From the NCBI GenBank assembly GCA_964627245.1, contig CAZVGS010000002.1, positions 90,923 through 154,922 of the forward strand: a stretch of DNA of 64,000 nt, written 5' to 3'. The notes under the pieces are model-generated. The model saw only the letters and a program-made list of their open reading frames with translations, was not told the origin of the DNA and ran no database searches. Every line of letters begins with the position of its first letter. Positions within the stretch are counted from its first letter, which is position 1. Below, piece after piece: positions 25,705-35,152 of this stretch. The DNA is from an uncultured Gammaproteobacteria bacterium. Its GTDB lineage: Bacteria > Patescibacteriota > Microgenomatia > Levybacterales > GWA1-39-11. The position numbers were made by a program, and so were the translations under genes.

Positions 25705-28086
25705 TTGAATTTATATATGAGTGAATTAACAGGAATTCGACAAAAAGTATTTTTAGACCGCTACGCATTGAAGGACAAAGACGGTTCTTTGCTCGAAAAA
25801 ACCCCCGAGGAAATGTGGAGACGGGTTGCTTGGGGAATTTCCCAAAATGAAAAAAAGGGCGATCAGAAAAAATGGGAGAGTGAATTTTATAGAGTCATGG
25901 ATGACTTCAAATTCGTTCCCGCAGGAAGAATTTTATCCGGCGCCGGAACCAACTACCAGGTAACCTATTTTAATTGTTTTGTTATCCCTTCCCCCAAAGA
26001 CTCAAGAGACGGAATTCTCGAAAGCCTCAAGCAGTTGGTTGAAATTCAAAGCAGAGCCGGTGGAGTTGGGTTGAATCTATCTTCTCTTAGACCCCGAGGT
26101 GCAAGGGTTAAGAAGGTTAACGGAACATCTTCAGGTCCTGTTACATGGGCTGGGCTTTTTTCTTATGCTACGCACGATGTTGTTCAGCAGGGCGGATCAA
26201 GAAGGGGTGCAACTATGCTTATGCTTTGGGATTGGCATCCTGATATCGAGGAATTTATAACTGTTAAGGAGGACTTATCAAAGATAAACGGCGCCAATTT
26301 GTCTGTTTGTGTGTCGGATGCTTTCATGGAGGCAGTTAAGAAGGATGCTGATTGGGACTTAATATACCCGGATATTGATGATCCCGAATACGACAAACTG
26401 TGGGATGGGGAAATTGATAAATGGAAGGCTTTAGGCAAAAAAGTTAATGTCCATAAGACCGTTAAGGCACGCGAATTATGGGATCTTATCTGCAAAGCGG
26501 CATGGAACAGCGCCGAGCCAGGTCTTCATTTTATGGAGCGCTCCAACAAAAGATCTAACACTTGGTATTTTGAAAGACTTATTGCAACAAACCCTTGCGG
26601 AGAGCAGCCTCTTGGTGCTTGGGCTGTTTGTAATTTGGGAGCAATGAATTTGTCTGCATATGTAAAAGACGCTGATCTTTCCAATGAAAAGGTGGGGTGG
26701 TTTGACTTTGAGTCATTTGAAAAAGACGTAAAAGTTGCGATGCGCCTTTTGGATAATGTAATTGATCAGACATATTATTTTTTCAAAGAAAATGAAAAAT
26801 GCGCAAAAGAAATAAGAAGAACGGGTCTTGGAATAATGGGTCTTGGGGATGCACTAATCAAAATGCAGCTTGCTTACGGCTCTGAGGAATCGCTTCCAGT
26901 AATTGAAAAAATATTTAAGACTCTTCGCGACAGCGCTTATGATGCTTCAAGCGATATGGCAAAAGAGAAGGGATCTTTCCCGATGTATGATAAAGAAAAG
27001 TATCAGAAGGGGTATCATATAAAGGCTCTTCCGAAAAATCTACGTGAAAAAATTGAAAAGCAAGGAATAAGAAATGCAGTTTTACTCACAATTGCACCAA
27101 CAGGAACAACTTCATTGGTATCGGGAGTGTCATCGGGCGTTGAGCCAGTTTATGAGTTCTCTTTCCTGAGACGGTGGAGAGGCGGGGAAGAAATAATATA
27201 TCATCCCTTATTTGAAGAGTGGAAGAAAGCTCATATGGAAAATCAAAAGCCTTCCTATTTTGTAAGTGCAAATGACCTAACTCCTATTGAGCATGCTAAA
27301 GTGCAGGCGGTTGCTCAAGAATATATAGACTCATCCATTTCAAAAACAGTAAATGCGCCGAATACCCACACAATTGATGATGTAAAGACTCTTTACATGA
27401 TGGCATACGACATGGGTCTTAAAGGAGTAACCTATATGAGAGACGGGTCTAGGCAAGGAGTTTTGGAGAGAGTGGACGATAAGAAAAAAGAAGAGGTAAA
27501 GGAGGAAGCGAAGATGCCTATAAGAAAAAGACCGCTTGCTTTAACCGGAGTAACACACGAAACACAAACACCCTTGGGAAATACATTTATAACCATAAAT
27601 CACGACAGTGAGGGAAAGCCATTTGAGTTATTTATAAATTCCGGAAAGTCCGGAAGTGATGTAATGGCCATGTCTGAAGCATTGGGAAGAATTATGTCAA
27701 TGGTTCTAAGGATGCAGTCCTCGGTTGAGCCAAGAGAAAGGATCCGCGAAATGATTGACCAGCTAACCGGTATCGGCGGCGGAAGGTCTGTAGGGTTTGG
27801 AGCAAATAGGGTAAGGTCTCTTCCCGACGCAGTTGCAAAAGTCCTGGCTGAGCATTTTGAATTTAGAGTTAATGGACATGTGGCGGATAAAAATCCGATG
27901 AAGTCGGTTAAAGCGGATGAGATAGAAGGAGTTGCTACTCAAGCTCCCTTGCCAATGGTTGCCGCCGTAGCTCCCGCGTCCTCAACTCACGCAAATGCAG
28001 ACCTTTGTCCGGAATGCGGGTCGGCATCATTTGTTCATGAAGAAGGCTGTGCCAAATGCTACTCTTGCGGACATGCTGAGTGTTAA
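25705..28086 (+). CDS. nrdJ: adenosylcobalamin-dependent (class II) ribonucleoside reductase NrdJ
   Basis: 793 aa; FKFVPAGRILSGAGT, active-site NPCGEQPL, C-terminal CxxC...CxxC zinc ribbon; probable start MSELTG at 25717. Confidence 0.85.
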   Translation: MNLYMSELTGIRQKVFLDRYALKDKDGSLLEKTPEEMWRRVAWGISQNEKKGDQKKWESEFYRVMDDFKFVPAGRILSGAGTNYQVTYFNCFVIPSPKDSRDGILESLKQLVEIQSRAGGVGLNLSSLRPRGARVKKVNGTSSGPVTWAGLFSYATHDVVQQGGSRRGATMLMLWDWHPDIEEFITVKEDLSKINGANLSVCVSDAFMEAVKKDADWDLIYPDIDDPEYDKLWDGEIDKWKALGKKVNVHKTVKARELWDLICKAAWNSAEPGLHFMERSNKRSNTWYFERLIATNPCGEQPLGAWAVCNLGAMNLSAYVKDADLSNEKVGWFDFESFEKDVKVAMRLLDNVIDQTYYFFKENEKCAKEIRRTGLGIMGLGDALIKMQLAYGSEESLPVIEKIFKTLRDSAYDASSDMAKEKGSFPMYDKEKYQKGYHIKALPKNLREKIEKQGIRNAVLLTIAPTGTTSLVSGVSSGVEPVYEFSFLRRWRGGEEIIYHPLFEEWKKAHMENQKPSYFVSANDLTPIEHAKVQAVAQEYIDSSISKTVNAPNTHTIDDVKTLYMMAYDMGLKGVTYMRDGSRQGVLERVDDKKKEEVKEEAKMPIRKRPLALTGVTHETQTPLGNTFITINHDSEGKPFELFINSGKSGSDVMAMSEALGRIMSMVLRMQSSVEPRERIREMIDQLTGIGGGRSVGFGANRVRSLPDAVAKVLAEHFEFRVNGHVADKNPMKSVKADEIEGVATQAPLPMVAAVAPASSTHANADLCPECGSASFVHEEGCAKCYSCGHAEC

Positions 28087-28314
28087 CGTAGCATAGAGCA
28101 AGAGCAAGCTCGCTTACAGTTGTGGGCACGCAGAGTGCTAAAATTAGTGGTTAGTTACTAGTTATTGGTGAATAGTTGGTAAGTAATTATTAAGTAGATT
28201 AAACAGTTATTTAGGTAAGTAGGGTGATCTAGACATAGAAATTCCCTCTCAGTGCCGCTACCGTAAAGACGGAAAACTAATTACTTTTATTGCTCGAGCA
28301 AGCTTATTTTTTGT

Positions 28315-28343
28315 AACCTTCTCGAGTTAGAGAAGGTTTTTTT
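28315..28343 (+). terminator. strong hairpin plus U-tract that ends nrdJ transcription and sequesters the Shine-Dalgarno of the downstream adenosyltransferase gene
   Basis: perfect 9-bp stem aaccttctc / gagaaggtt (28315-28323 with 28330-28338), 6-nt loop, then ttttt directly before ATG 28344; the 3' arm contains the only SD-like gaagg; a weaker hairpin plus T-run lies at 28290-28312. Confidence 0.55.
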
Positions 28344-28895
28344 ATGTCAATTTATACAAAAAAAGGAGACAAGGGAAAAACGTCTTTAGGAAGCGGTGTA
28401 AAAAAGTGGAAAGATGATGTGCGCGTAGATACATACGGTACGGTTGATGAGTTAAATTCTTTACTTGGTGTTGTTTCTTCAGAGCTTAACGCTAAAAAGG
28501 CACCCGGCAGATACTTAAATAATATAATCCTAAAAATCCAGGACGACCTTTTTTCTATCGGATCCTATTTATCAAATCCTGCAAATTCTAAGCTAATTTC
28601 TCATCTATCTAATAACACTTTAGAGTTTGAAAAAGAAATTGACGGGATGACAAAAATTCTCCCTGAATTATCCAATTTTATCTTACCTGGCGGTGGAAAA
28701 GCGGGAGCACTCTTGCAGTTTGCCAGAGCAGTATCAAGAAGGTGTGAGAGAAAACTAGTCACGCTTTCCAAAGAAGAAAAAATAAATGAAGATGTCTTGC
28801 AGTATATCAACAGACTCTCAGATCTTTTTTTCACCATGAGCAGATACGCAAATTTTAAGGAAAATATAAAAGAAACAATTTGGAAAAGAAGATAA
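28344..28895 (+). CDS. PduO-type ATP:cob(I)alamin adenosyltransferase
   Basis: 183 aa; N-terminus MSIYTKKGDKGKTSL matches the PduO/MMAB family start (MxIYTKTGDKGxTSL); functionally coherent with B12-dependent NrdJ. Confidence 0.75.
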   Translation: MSIYTKKGDKGKTSLGSGVKKWKDDVRVDTYGTVDELNSLLGVVSSELNAKKAPGRYLNNIILKIQDDLFSIGSYLSNPANSKLISHLSNNTLEFEKEIDGMTKILPELSNFILPGGGKAGALLQFARAVSRRCERKLVTLSKEEKINEDVLQYINRLSDLFFTMSRYANFKENIKETIWKRR

Positions 28896-28898
28896 ATT

Positions 28899-30026
28899 AT
28901 GAGCGTCGAAGCATCAGTCCAGCAAAGGCAAAGCCTTCAATTTGATCCCGAATTTCATAGAAATGAAGCAAGGCAGATAAATTCAATAGTGTCTATCGGG
29001 GAATACCGCCAGAGAAAAGAGCAGTTTTTAGAATACATTCCATTTAATGTTGAGACGGCGCTGGGGGAACGATTTAATGTTTCATTAAGTACATACGAAT
29101 ACGACATAGATGGCGGGATAATATATGGGAAAGGCATAGATGAGCCTGCGATAAACAGTTTTAGAAGGGGCAGGGATTTTAGGCGCAAAACAGGAAATCC
29201 CATAGATCACGCACGTGAGGATGCTGAAATTGAAGGATTTGAAAAAATACAATCACACCTTACTGACCCCTCAACTAGAGTGGGTAGCATGATGCTTTCG
29301 GTTTCTCCAAAGGGTGGAGAGGGTTCTTCTTATGGCCACAATTTTTATGACATTTTTATCTTAAAGGAGACAGAAAGCGGGAAAAGATACATTGAAGCAA
29401 GACGCTATGCGTCAGGTCTTGATATCGATGAATATGCCTCGGTTCTTATGCCATTTGGAGTTGAAATTGATAAGCAAAATCCTGATGTAGGCCTTCTTAA
29501 AGACCCCATAAAAATTCCTCCGATGTTAACGCCTGATGACCTGCACAAATATTTGCATAAAGACAAAGGCTTTATGAGCGAGGAAAAATTTGCTGTTGTC
29601 AGAAAGCATACAAAAGCTTTAAGGCATGAATTTGCGCAAAGTCTGCTTGATGATCCCGACAACAATTTAGAGCACGAAAGAATATATAACGCAATACTCA
29701 ATAAGGCAGATGAAATAAGTGAGCGGGTAGGCAGGGAAGGAATTGAGATCTGGTCAAAAATTGAGCCTATTTCGACCAGATTTGCGGTAATAACAGATAT
29801 TGAGAATTATAGTAAAAAAGAAGTTAGAGAAGTTATAACCGGATGCGGTGTTTCTGCAGGGCTTGGCAATGGAAAAGAGAAAACTTCTCCTTTTAGCGTC
29901 TCGGAATTCGGGAAAAATTGGGATTATCACAAGGGAGATTGTGTGAATTGTAAGGCAAGATATACGCAAGTTGGGCCATGTAATATTTGCAAAGATTGTG
30001 AAAAAGAATTCGACAAAGAAGAATAA
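28899..30026 (+). CDS. hypothetical protein with C-terminal Cys4 zinc ribbon
   Basis: 375 aa; C-terminus CVNCKARYTQVGPCNICKDC; no other motif. Confidence 0.35.
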   Translation: MSVEASVQQRQSLQFDPEFHRNEARQINSIVSIGEYRQRKEQFLEYIPFNVETALGERFNVSLSTYEYDIDGGIIYGKGIDEPAINSFRRGRDFRRKTGNPIDHAREDAEIEGFEKIQSHLTDPSTRVGSMMLSVSPKGGEGSSYGHNFYDIFILKETESGKRYIEARRYASGLDIDEYASVLMPFGVEIDKQNPDVGLLKDPIKIPPMLTPDDLHKYLHKDKGFMSEEKFAVVRKHTKALRHEFAQSLLDDPDNNLEHERIYNAILNKADEISERVGREGIEIWSKIEPISTRFAVITDIENYSKKEVREVITGCGVSAGLGNGKEKTSPFSVSEFGKNWDYHKGDCVNCKARYTQVGPCNICKDCEKEFDKEE

Positions 30027-30032
30027 GATTGG

Positions 30033-30770
30033 GTGAATTTTTTGTACAATAAATTCATGCTCGATTTTATTGCATCACTTTTGTATCCAAAAAAATGTAT
30101 TAAATGCAGAAAGAGCGGAGCATATATTTGCGATAGCTGCTTTTCGGCAATAAAATTTCTGGACTTTCAAACTTGTGCAGTATGCCAGAAAGGGTCAATT
30201 GACGGATTAACTCATCCCAGGTGCAGAACTGCCTACGGAATAGACGGGATAATATCATCAATTGCATATAAAGGCATTGTTAAAAAGCTGCTTTATCAAT
30301 TCAAATATTCTCCATTTTTGTCCGACCTTAAAACAATTTTAGGAAAAATATTCTATGAAGGACTTATCCAGCAGGAAGCATTTGTTAGCTTTATAACTTC
30401 CAAAAGGATTTACATAATTTCTGTTCCTCTGCATCCCATGCGTTTGAAAAAAAGAGGGTATAACCAGGCAGAACTATTAGGTAAAGAATTGTCTTCAAGT
30501 TTGAATATCAAATATATTCCTGGCGTTTTACTAAGAAAAGTTAATACAAGGCCCCAATTTGATCTAAAAAAAGGGGAGAGGGGTAAAAATATTTTGGGAG
30601 CATTTTCTATCAATCCAAAGTTTCAAAAAAGAATAAAAGGAAAAAGATTTTTGTTGGTTGATGATATTACAACAACGGGATCGACACTTCGTGAATGTTC
30701 AAAAATACTTAAAAAATCAGGAGCTGTGCGTGTGATTGGAGTTGCACTGGCGCATGAGGGATTGATGTAG
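30033..30770 (+). CDS. comFC: ComF family phosphoribosyltransferase-like competence protein
   Basis: 245 aa; N-terminal Cys4 zinc finger (CIKC...CDSC / CAVC...HPRC) and C-terminal PRTase motif FLLVDDITTTGSTL. Confidence 0.7.
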   Translation: MNFLYNKFMLDFIASLLYPKKCIKCRKSGAYICDSCFSAIKFLDFQTCAVCQKGSIDGLTHPRCRTAYGIDGIISSIAYKGIVKKLLYQFKYSPFLSDLKTILGKIFYEGLIQQEAFVSFITSKRIYIISVPLHPMRLKKRGYNQAELLGKELSSSLNIKYIPGVLLRKVNTRPQFDLKKGERGKNILGAFSINPKFQKRIKGKRFLLVDDITTTGSTLRECSKILKKSGAVRVIGVALAHEGLM

Positions 30771-31061
30771 TTTTGGGTCTGTCGGTAGAAGTGATGAGAT
30801 AAGGATTATTTTTGGTTAGTCTGGTATGTCTCTTTTCTCGGGAAAATTTATAATACATTATATCCGATTTTGAGAATAGACGGGATGCATGTTGCGATGC
30901 ACACCCCATGTAAAAGAAAGTGTTTTTTTGTAACTAGCGGCAGTAATTGCAGATTGAGTTATTCCTATAATTTTAGCTGCTTCTACGTTTGTAAGATTAT
31001 ATGCGAAATTGGCTATAGGTATAAATCCAGCGCTTTCTTTTTCCATAAGCTATTAAGAGTG

Positions 31062-31451
31062 TGGAGATGGGGGGTAATGAGCCCCCGTCCAAAAATCATA
31101 TATAAAAACATCTACAAGCGTAGTCTGGGTTAAATTTCACTGTTTTATACTTCCCAAACTAAGAAAAAACAGCTAAGGTCTAATACAAAATAGCCCGACC
31201 GGCGCTATTAGGTTTTGCTAACAGGTTTATGCCCGTTTCCTCGTGCTAGCTGCGGATTGGAAACGAACAGGTCTTAGGCGAATGCCGCGTAACCTACGCC
31301 CGAATTTACATTCGGCATACGATTAGCGAAAAATCGCTTTACACCGCTAAAATTAGATTTAGCATGTATTTTTGATCCTTTTTTACGGCTTTGAATCATT
31401 GCCGGCTTGCAGTTTTTAAAGTACAATTCTTGTCGATACAATTGCATCCCC
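31062..31451 (-). ncRNA. ssrA: tmRNA (SsrA), minus strand, adjacent to smpB; predicted tag ANRMPNVNSGVGYAAFA
   Basis: minus-strand 5' end GGGGAUGCAAUUGUAUCGACAAG (compare E. coli GGGGCUGAUUCUGGAUUCGAC); 3' end GGACGGGGGCUCAUUACCCCCCAUCUCC-A (T-stem GGGGG/CCCCC, acceptor CAUCUCC pairing with 5' GGGGAUG including the G3-U wobble, discriminator A, no encoded CCA); internal tag frame from plus 31327 down to 31274 ending ...YAAFA-TAA. Confidence 0.75.
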
Positions 31452-31633
31452 TCGTCAAAATCTCATCTTTTATTCGCTTTAAGTTGACTTAAAGCTTCAT
31501 TGACGATGAGCTTCTCCTCTTCCAAAATGCTAAAGCATTTTGAGTTGGAAACAAAAGTATTATAGCACTTTTAGTCTATGATATCAAGCCTATAGCATGA
31601 TAAATGAAGCTAAAGAGCTTCAAAATATCAAGA

Positions 31634-32074
31634 TTAGAACTCGTTTTTAAGCTCACGGTCGCGGTCTCTTTGTATGGCTTGATTTTTTGCGTCTTTACGG
31701 CGTTCGTGTTCTTGTTTACCTTTTGCAAGGCCAATTTCAAGCTTAAATTTCCCATGTTTTAGATAAAGTGAGAGTGGGGCAAGGGTAAATTTACCGGTAT
31801 CAAGCTTATTTTTTATGCCCAAAAGCTCTTTTTTATGAAGTAGTAGACGACGTGTTCTATCCTCCTGATAGCCCTCAACTCTAGAGTATTTATAGGGGAA
31901 AATTTTGGCATTTATAAGATATGCCTGGTTACTCATGATTTTGACATAAGCGCTATTTATATCAACATGCCCAAGCCTAATGGCTTTGACCTCAGATCCG
32001 ATAAGCTCAATACCGGCTTCGAACTTTTCTTCTATATTGAATTTATTTGGTGCTTTCTTGTTAAATATTTTCAT
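31634..32074 (-). CDS. smpB: SsrA-binding protein SmpB
   Basis: 146 aa; typical SmpB sequence (LIGSEVKAIR..., YSRVEGYQEDRTRRLLLHKKE, basic C-terminal tail). Confidence 0.85.
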   Translation of the reverse strand: MKIFNKKAPNKFNIEEKFEAGIELIGSEVKAIRLGHVDINSAYVKIMSNQAYLINAKIFPYKYSRVEGYQEDRTRRLLLHKKELLGIKNKLDTGKFTLAPLSLYLKHGKFKLEIGLAKGKQEHERRKDAKNQAIQRDRDRELKNEF

Positions 32075-32343
32075 AGTATTTTAGGAAATATAATTCATTA
32101 TATCATCATAAATATTTTTTTAGCCTCAGGAGAAAGGGAGGAGAGTGCGGTAAAAATGAGCATTTTGTCTCAAATGATATAGTTGTATATAGTTACATGT
32201 GAAAAGTAGTGTGGATAACTTTTCACAGCCCTATAGTATTGCTGGTATAACTTAGGAGTATCATTTGAGGCTAATAACCGGTTTATCGCAGAAAAACGAA
32301 AAATAATCGAAAAGGTTTTATGACTGCTAAGGCTAGATTTAGA

Positions 32344-34224
32344 TTATAGATTAAAACTATAAACAATATTTCCGCTTAATACATAACCAATTTCATTTTC
32401 TTCATCAATTGCAAATGAATTTGCATCTTCGATAAATGAGCCCTCGTATTGCGTAACATAGTCGCCCTCTCCACTTATTACCACTACCCTCTGATTTTTC
32501 ACGTCGAGAACGTATATGTTGTCAAGTTCCGGTTCTGCGTAAATCTTGGCACCCGGACCGAAGGGAGAGGCAAGGCCGGTGAGCTCAAAATCGTCTTCAG
32601 CTCCTTTAGTGAAGCTTTGGATATCACCTTTTTCGCTCAGTATATAAATAGGGCCAGCAATAGACATATCTACCGGAGTGCTCTTAAAACTTGGCTCTTT
32701 CGTAAAGTAGGTGACTCCCTCGTATGCAGGCGATCGATATTTTAGGATATCATTGTTAGTTAGTGTGTAAAGATTGCTTCCAAAAATATCAAAAGCACTA
32801 CCCTCTATGTCGTCCATCACGTCATTAATATTCCCATTACCTCGGTCAATGCTTTTGACTCCTTCACCCATGGTGTATATGTATTTATCGTCGGCGCTTA
32901 TGAAGTTGTCGGAAGAGTTAATGTCGTAGGTTTTTCCTATAGTGCCGTCATCATCGATAGTTATAACCTGCTTTCCTGTTTTATCAAGCAATAAAAGGGT
33001 TCCGCCTTTTGCTGTAATTGCCGTTATGCTTTTTATCTCACTACCCGTCTTAACAAACTCCTTGATATTTTTTGCACTCCCCCCTCCCCCAAGCCCAGAA
33101 ATTTTTTCCTGAATTTGAGATTTAAGGCCGCTTAGGTCTTTATACTCATTTGAATCTTCGCTGTATTTTTGAAGAGCAGCATCAACGTCAGCGTTAAGCT
33201 TCGAGAACTCTTCAAGTGCAAGTGTTTTGTTGAGACTTTCAAGCTCAGCAGCCTCGTCAAACCGGCTTTTGATAGGATCAAAAATTTTGGAAAATTCAGC
33301 TTCCTTTTTGGCTTCGTTAGATTTTATTGTCTGAAATGCAATTCCTCCGACAAGAACAGCAATTAGAACCAGGATTGCTCCTCCGATAAGAATTTTTTTA
33401 TTGAAAAAATTTATTTTCGGAAGTGAAAAGCTTGGCAGTCTTGATTTTTTCTCCTCGTCATAAGAAGCATCTTCATACGAGTCGTGCAACTCGGCATTAC
33501 CTGTATCCGTTTCGGCAGGAGCTTTTGTCCAGAGGTTTTCTTTTTCCGGTGAAATATCTTCCTGCTCATCTTTCTCGTCAGAAGCCATTTCCAGAGAATC
33601 TTCCATTGTTGGATCTTCAATTACTTTGTCTTCTTTAACGTCCATACTTTTGAATTGAAGTATTATCGCACCTTCGGTTCCCTTAGAATCGCCATGAATA
33701 AGAGGCGTTATTGTTTCTGCAATTTGTAAAACGTCATTCGAAGCAAGCTGCTCGGTTAATCCGTCGAGAGGCATTTTTTTGGCGAAATCACCGGTTTCAA
33801 GCAGTATGATGTCATCATGCCTTAATTTGCCTGAAAAGCCGTGAAGCTCTCCCTCAATACCGGTCGCGACTACGCCTACCTTGTCACCTCTTTTTATAAC
33901 AACCCGCCCTTCGGAAGCGATTACTATGTAAAGTATTTCTCCTACAATTGCTCCAATTATTATTGAGTATTTGTATTCGCCTTCAATGCTTTTTGTGGCA
34001 TTAGAAACTGCCTTTTTAATATTGTCTAAAGTTTTTTCGTCGAGTGCAAAAAATTCACGCTGTAATTTTTCAAGTAACTCTTTCCCAAATGGAGTAACCG
34101 GGCTCTTGCTTTCGGGCTTTTCGATGCTTAATGCCATGTAGACATTAAGAGTCGTATACGCTTGTGCCCAGGAAGTATCGGTTGCGTTAGGTACAATTTT
34201 TGATAGAAGAATGTCTTGGTTCAT
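32344..34224 (-). CDS. hypothetical bitopic membrane protein (N-terminal cytoplasmic domain, TM, coiled coil, C-terminal beta-rich extracellular domain)
   Basis: 626 aa; N-terminal domain has weak resemblance to the end of PP2C phosphatases (GDKVGVVATG...HDDIILLETGDFAK); central TM ILIGGAILVLIAVLVGGIAF; C-terminal region rich in repeated strands, suggesting a beta-propeller or NHL-like fold. Confidence 0.3.
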   Translation of the reverse strand: MNQDILLSKIVPNATDTSWAQAYTTLNVYMALSIEKPESKSPVTPFGKELLEKLQREFFALDEKTLDNIKKAVSNATKSIEGEYKYSIIIGAIVGEILYIVIASEGRVVIKRGDKVGVVATGIEGELHGFSGKLRHDDIILLETGDFAKKMPLDGLTEQLASNDVLQIAETITPLIHGDSKGTEGAIILQFKSMDVKEDKVIEDPTMEDSLEMASDEKDEQEDISPEKENLWTKAPAETDTGNAELHDSYEDASYDEEKKSRLPSFSLPKINFFNKKILIGGAILVLIAVLVGGIAFQTIKSNEAKKEAEFSKIFDPIKSRFDEAAELESLNKTLALEEFSKLNADVDAALQKYSEDSNEYKDLSGLKSQIQEKISGLGGGGSAKNIKEFVKTGSEIKSITAITAKGGTLLLLDKTGKQVITIDDDGTIGKTYDINSSDNFISADDKYIYTMGEGVKSIDRGNGNINDVMDDIEGSAFDIFGSNLYTLTNNDILKYRSPAYEGVTYFTKEPSFKSTPVDMSIAGPIYILSEKGDIQSFTKGAEDDFELTGLASPFGPGAKIYAEPELDNIYVLDVKNQRVVVISGEGDYVTQYEGSFIEDANSFAIDEENEIGYVLSGNIVYSFNL

Positions 34225-34230
34225 AAAAAG

Positions 34231-34467
34231 TTAAAGCGAAAAAACTACAAGTAATAATAGTATAAAGGAAATTAAAGAATGAATCACGGCAACTGATTGA
34301 AAGACAGGCGCAAAAGTCGCAAGATTCATAAGTCTGTTATAAGAAAAAATCTGAAAAGCAAGCATTAATGCATAAAAATTATAAATTATTAAGCTCACCA
34401 AGAGAACAGCCCTCGTAAACGAGTCTGTATTTTGGAAAAAGCTAATAGTTGTTTCTATAATATTCAT
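34231..34467 (-). CDS. small membrane protein (2 TM)
   Basis: 78 aa hydrophobic ORF translationally coupled to the upstream bPH gene. Confidence 0.3.
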   Translation of the reverse strand: MNIIETTISFFQNTDSFTRAVLLVSLIIYNFYALMLAFQIFSYNRLMNLATFAPVFQSVAVIHSLISFILLLLVVFSL

Positions 34468-35105
34468 TTTGTTCCTAGAAGTCCTACAATGATTTGTGCT
34501 ATTTTTGCTGGTCTTGGAGCCTTGTCGAATTCAATGTTTGGCTTGGTACCCGCAGTCTGGATTGTGACCTCTCCGTAGTTAAATAATGAGCGGATAAATC
34601 CAATTTGAGAATGATTGACGTCTTGAATGAACTCATTGTTGGTTTCTGAAACATCTTTTAACAATATTCCATGAATATCAATATCTCTTATACGCAAGTT
34701 GGTGAGAATGCCTACATGAAAATACCAAAGCGTGAATCTTAGAAGTACAAAACCAAAAACCATTAAATAAAAGAATAGAGCAATAAGCATGCCGGTTTGG
34801 GGGTTGGGAGGGGTGAATGGAAAAAACATGATAACTAGCGGAAGAAGGGTTATGGGAATAAGTCCAAGAAGAATCGCTGATAAAATCCAAGGGACGTTGG
34901 TTATGAAGTGACGTCTTACAATGAGAATAATTTCCTCATTTGGCTTTTGGTCAGCAAATGTAATATTTTTAGGATGCTCAAGAAAAGAGGAGTAAAAGTG
35001 TGGGCTAATTTTAGAATGGCTGTGTGAAATTTTCGAATCACTCACGCTTCTCTCTTCTTGCTCGTCTTTTGCAGTTAAAATAAATTCTCCTCTGATATCA
35101 CTCAT
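34464..35105 (-). CDS. bacterial PH-domain (YdbS/YdbT-like, DUF304) membrane protein
   Basis: 213 aa; two TM helices followed by a domain ending NYGEVTIQTAG typical of bPH_2. Confidence 0.5.
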   Translation of the reverse strand: MSDIRGEFILTAKDEQEERSVSDSKISHSHSKISPHFYSSFLEHPKNITFADQKPNEEIILIVRRHFITNVPWILSAILLGLIPITLLPLVIMFFPFTPPNPQTGMLIALFFYLMVFGFVLLRFTLWYFHVGILTNLRIRDIDIHGILLKDVSETNNEFIQDVNHSQIGFIRSLFNYGEVTIQTAGTKPNIEFDKAPRPAKIAQIIVGLLGTK

Positions 35106-35152
35106 TGTAATTGGAATTATACGCCTAATAAGTATCTAAGTTCAAATTGCAC

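Noticed and set aside
28090-28340. Canonical cobalamin riboswitch upstream of the PduO-type gene
   Set aside because: No B12 box (GCCACUG) or GGUGAAAAUCC-type core was found in the correct orientation by eye. Reported only as an uncharacterised leader with an SD-sequestering hairpin.
30858-31133. ORFs 30858..31046 (-) and 30870..31133 (+) as protein-coding genes
   Set aside because: They overlap the predicted tmRNA 3' domain and have no coding signal; the interval is better explained by the ssrA RNA.
31483-31503. Inverted repeat GCTTTAAG-ttgac-CTTAAAGC as smpB terminator
   Set aside because: It is not followed by a U-tract on the minus strand. It lies about 35 nt upstream of the tmRNA 5' end, so it may be a processing or promoter-proximal structure, but nothing decisive was seen.
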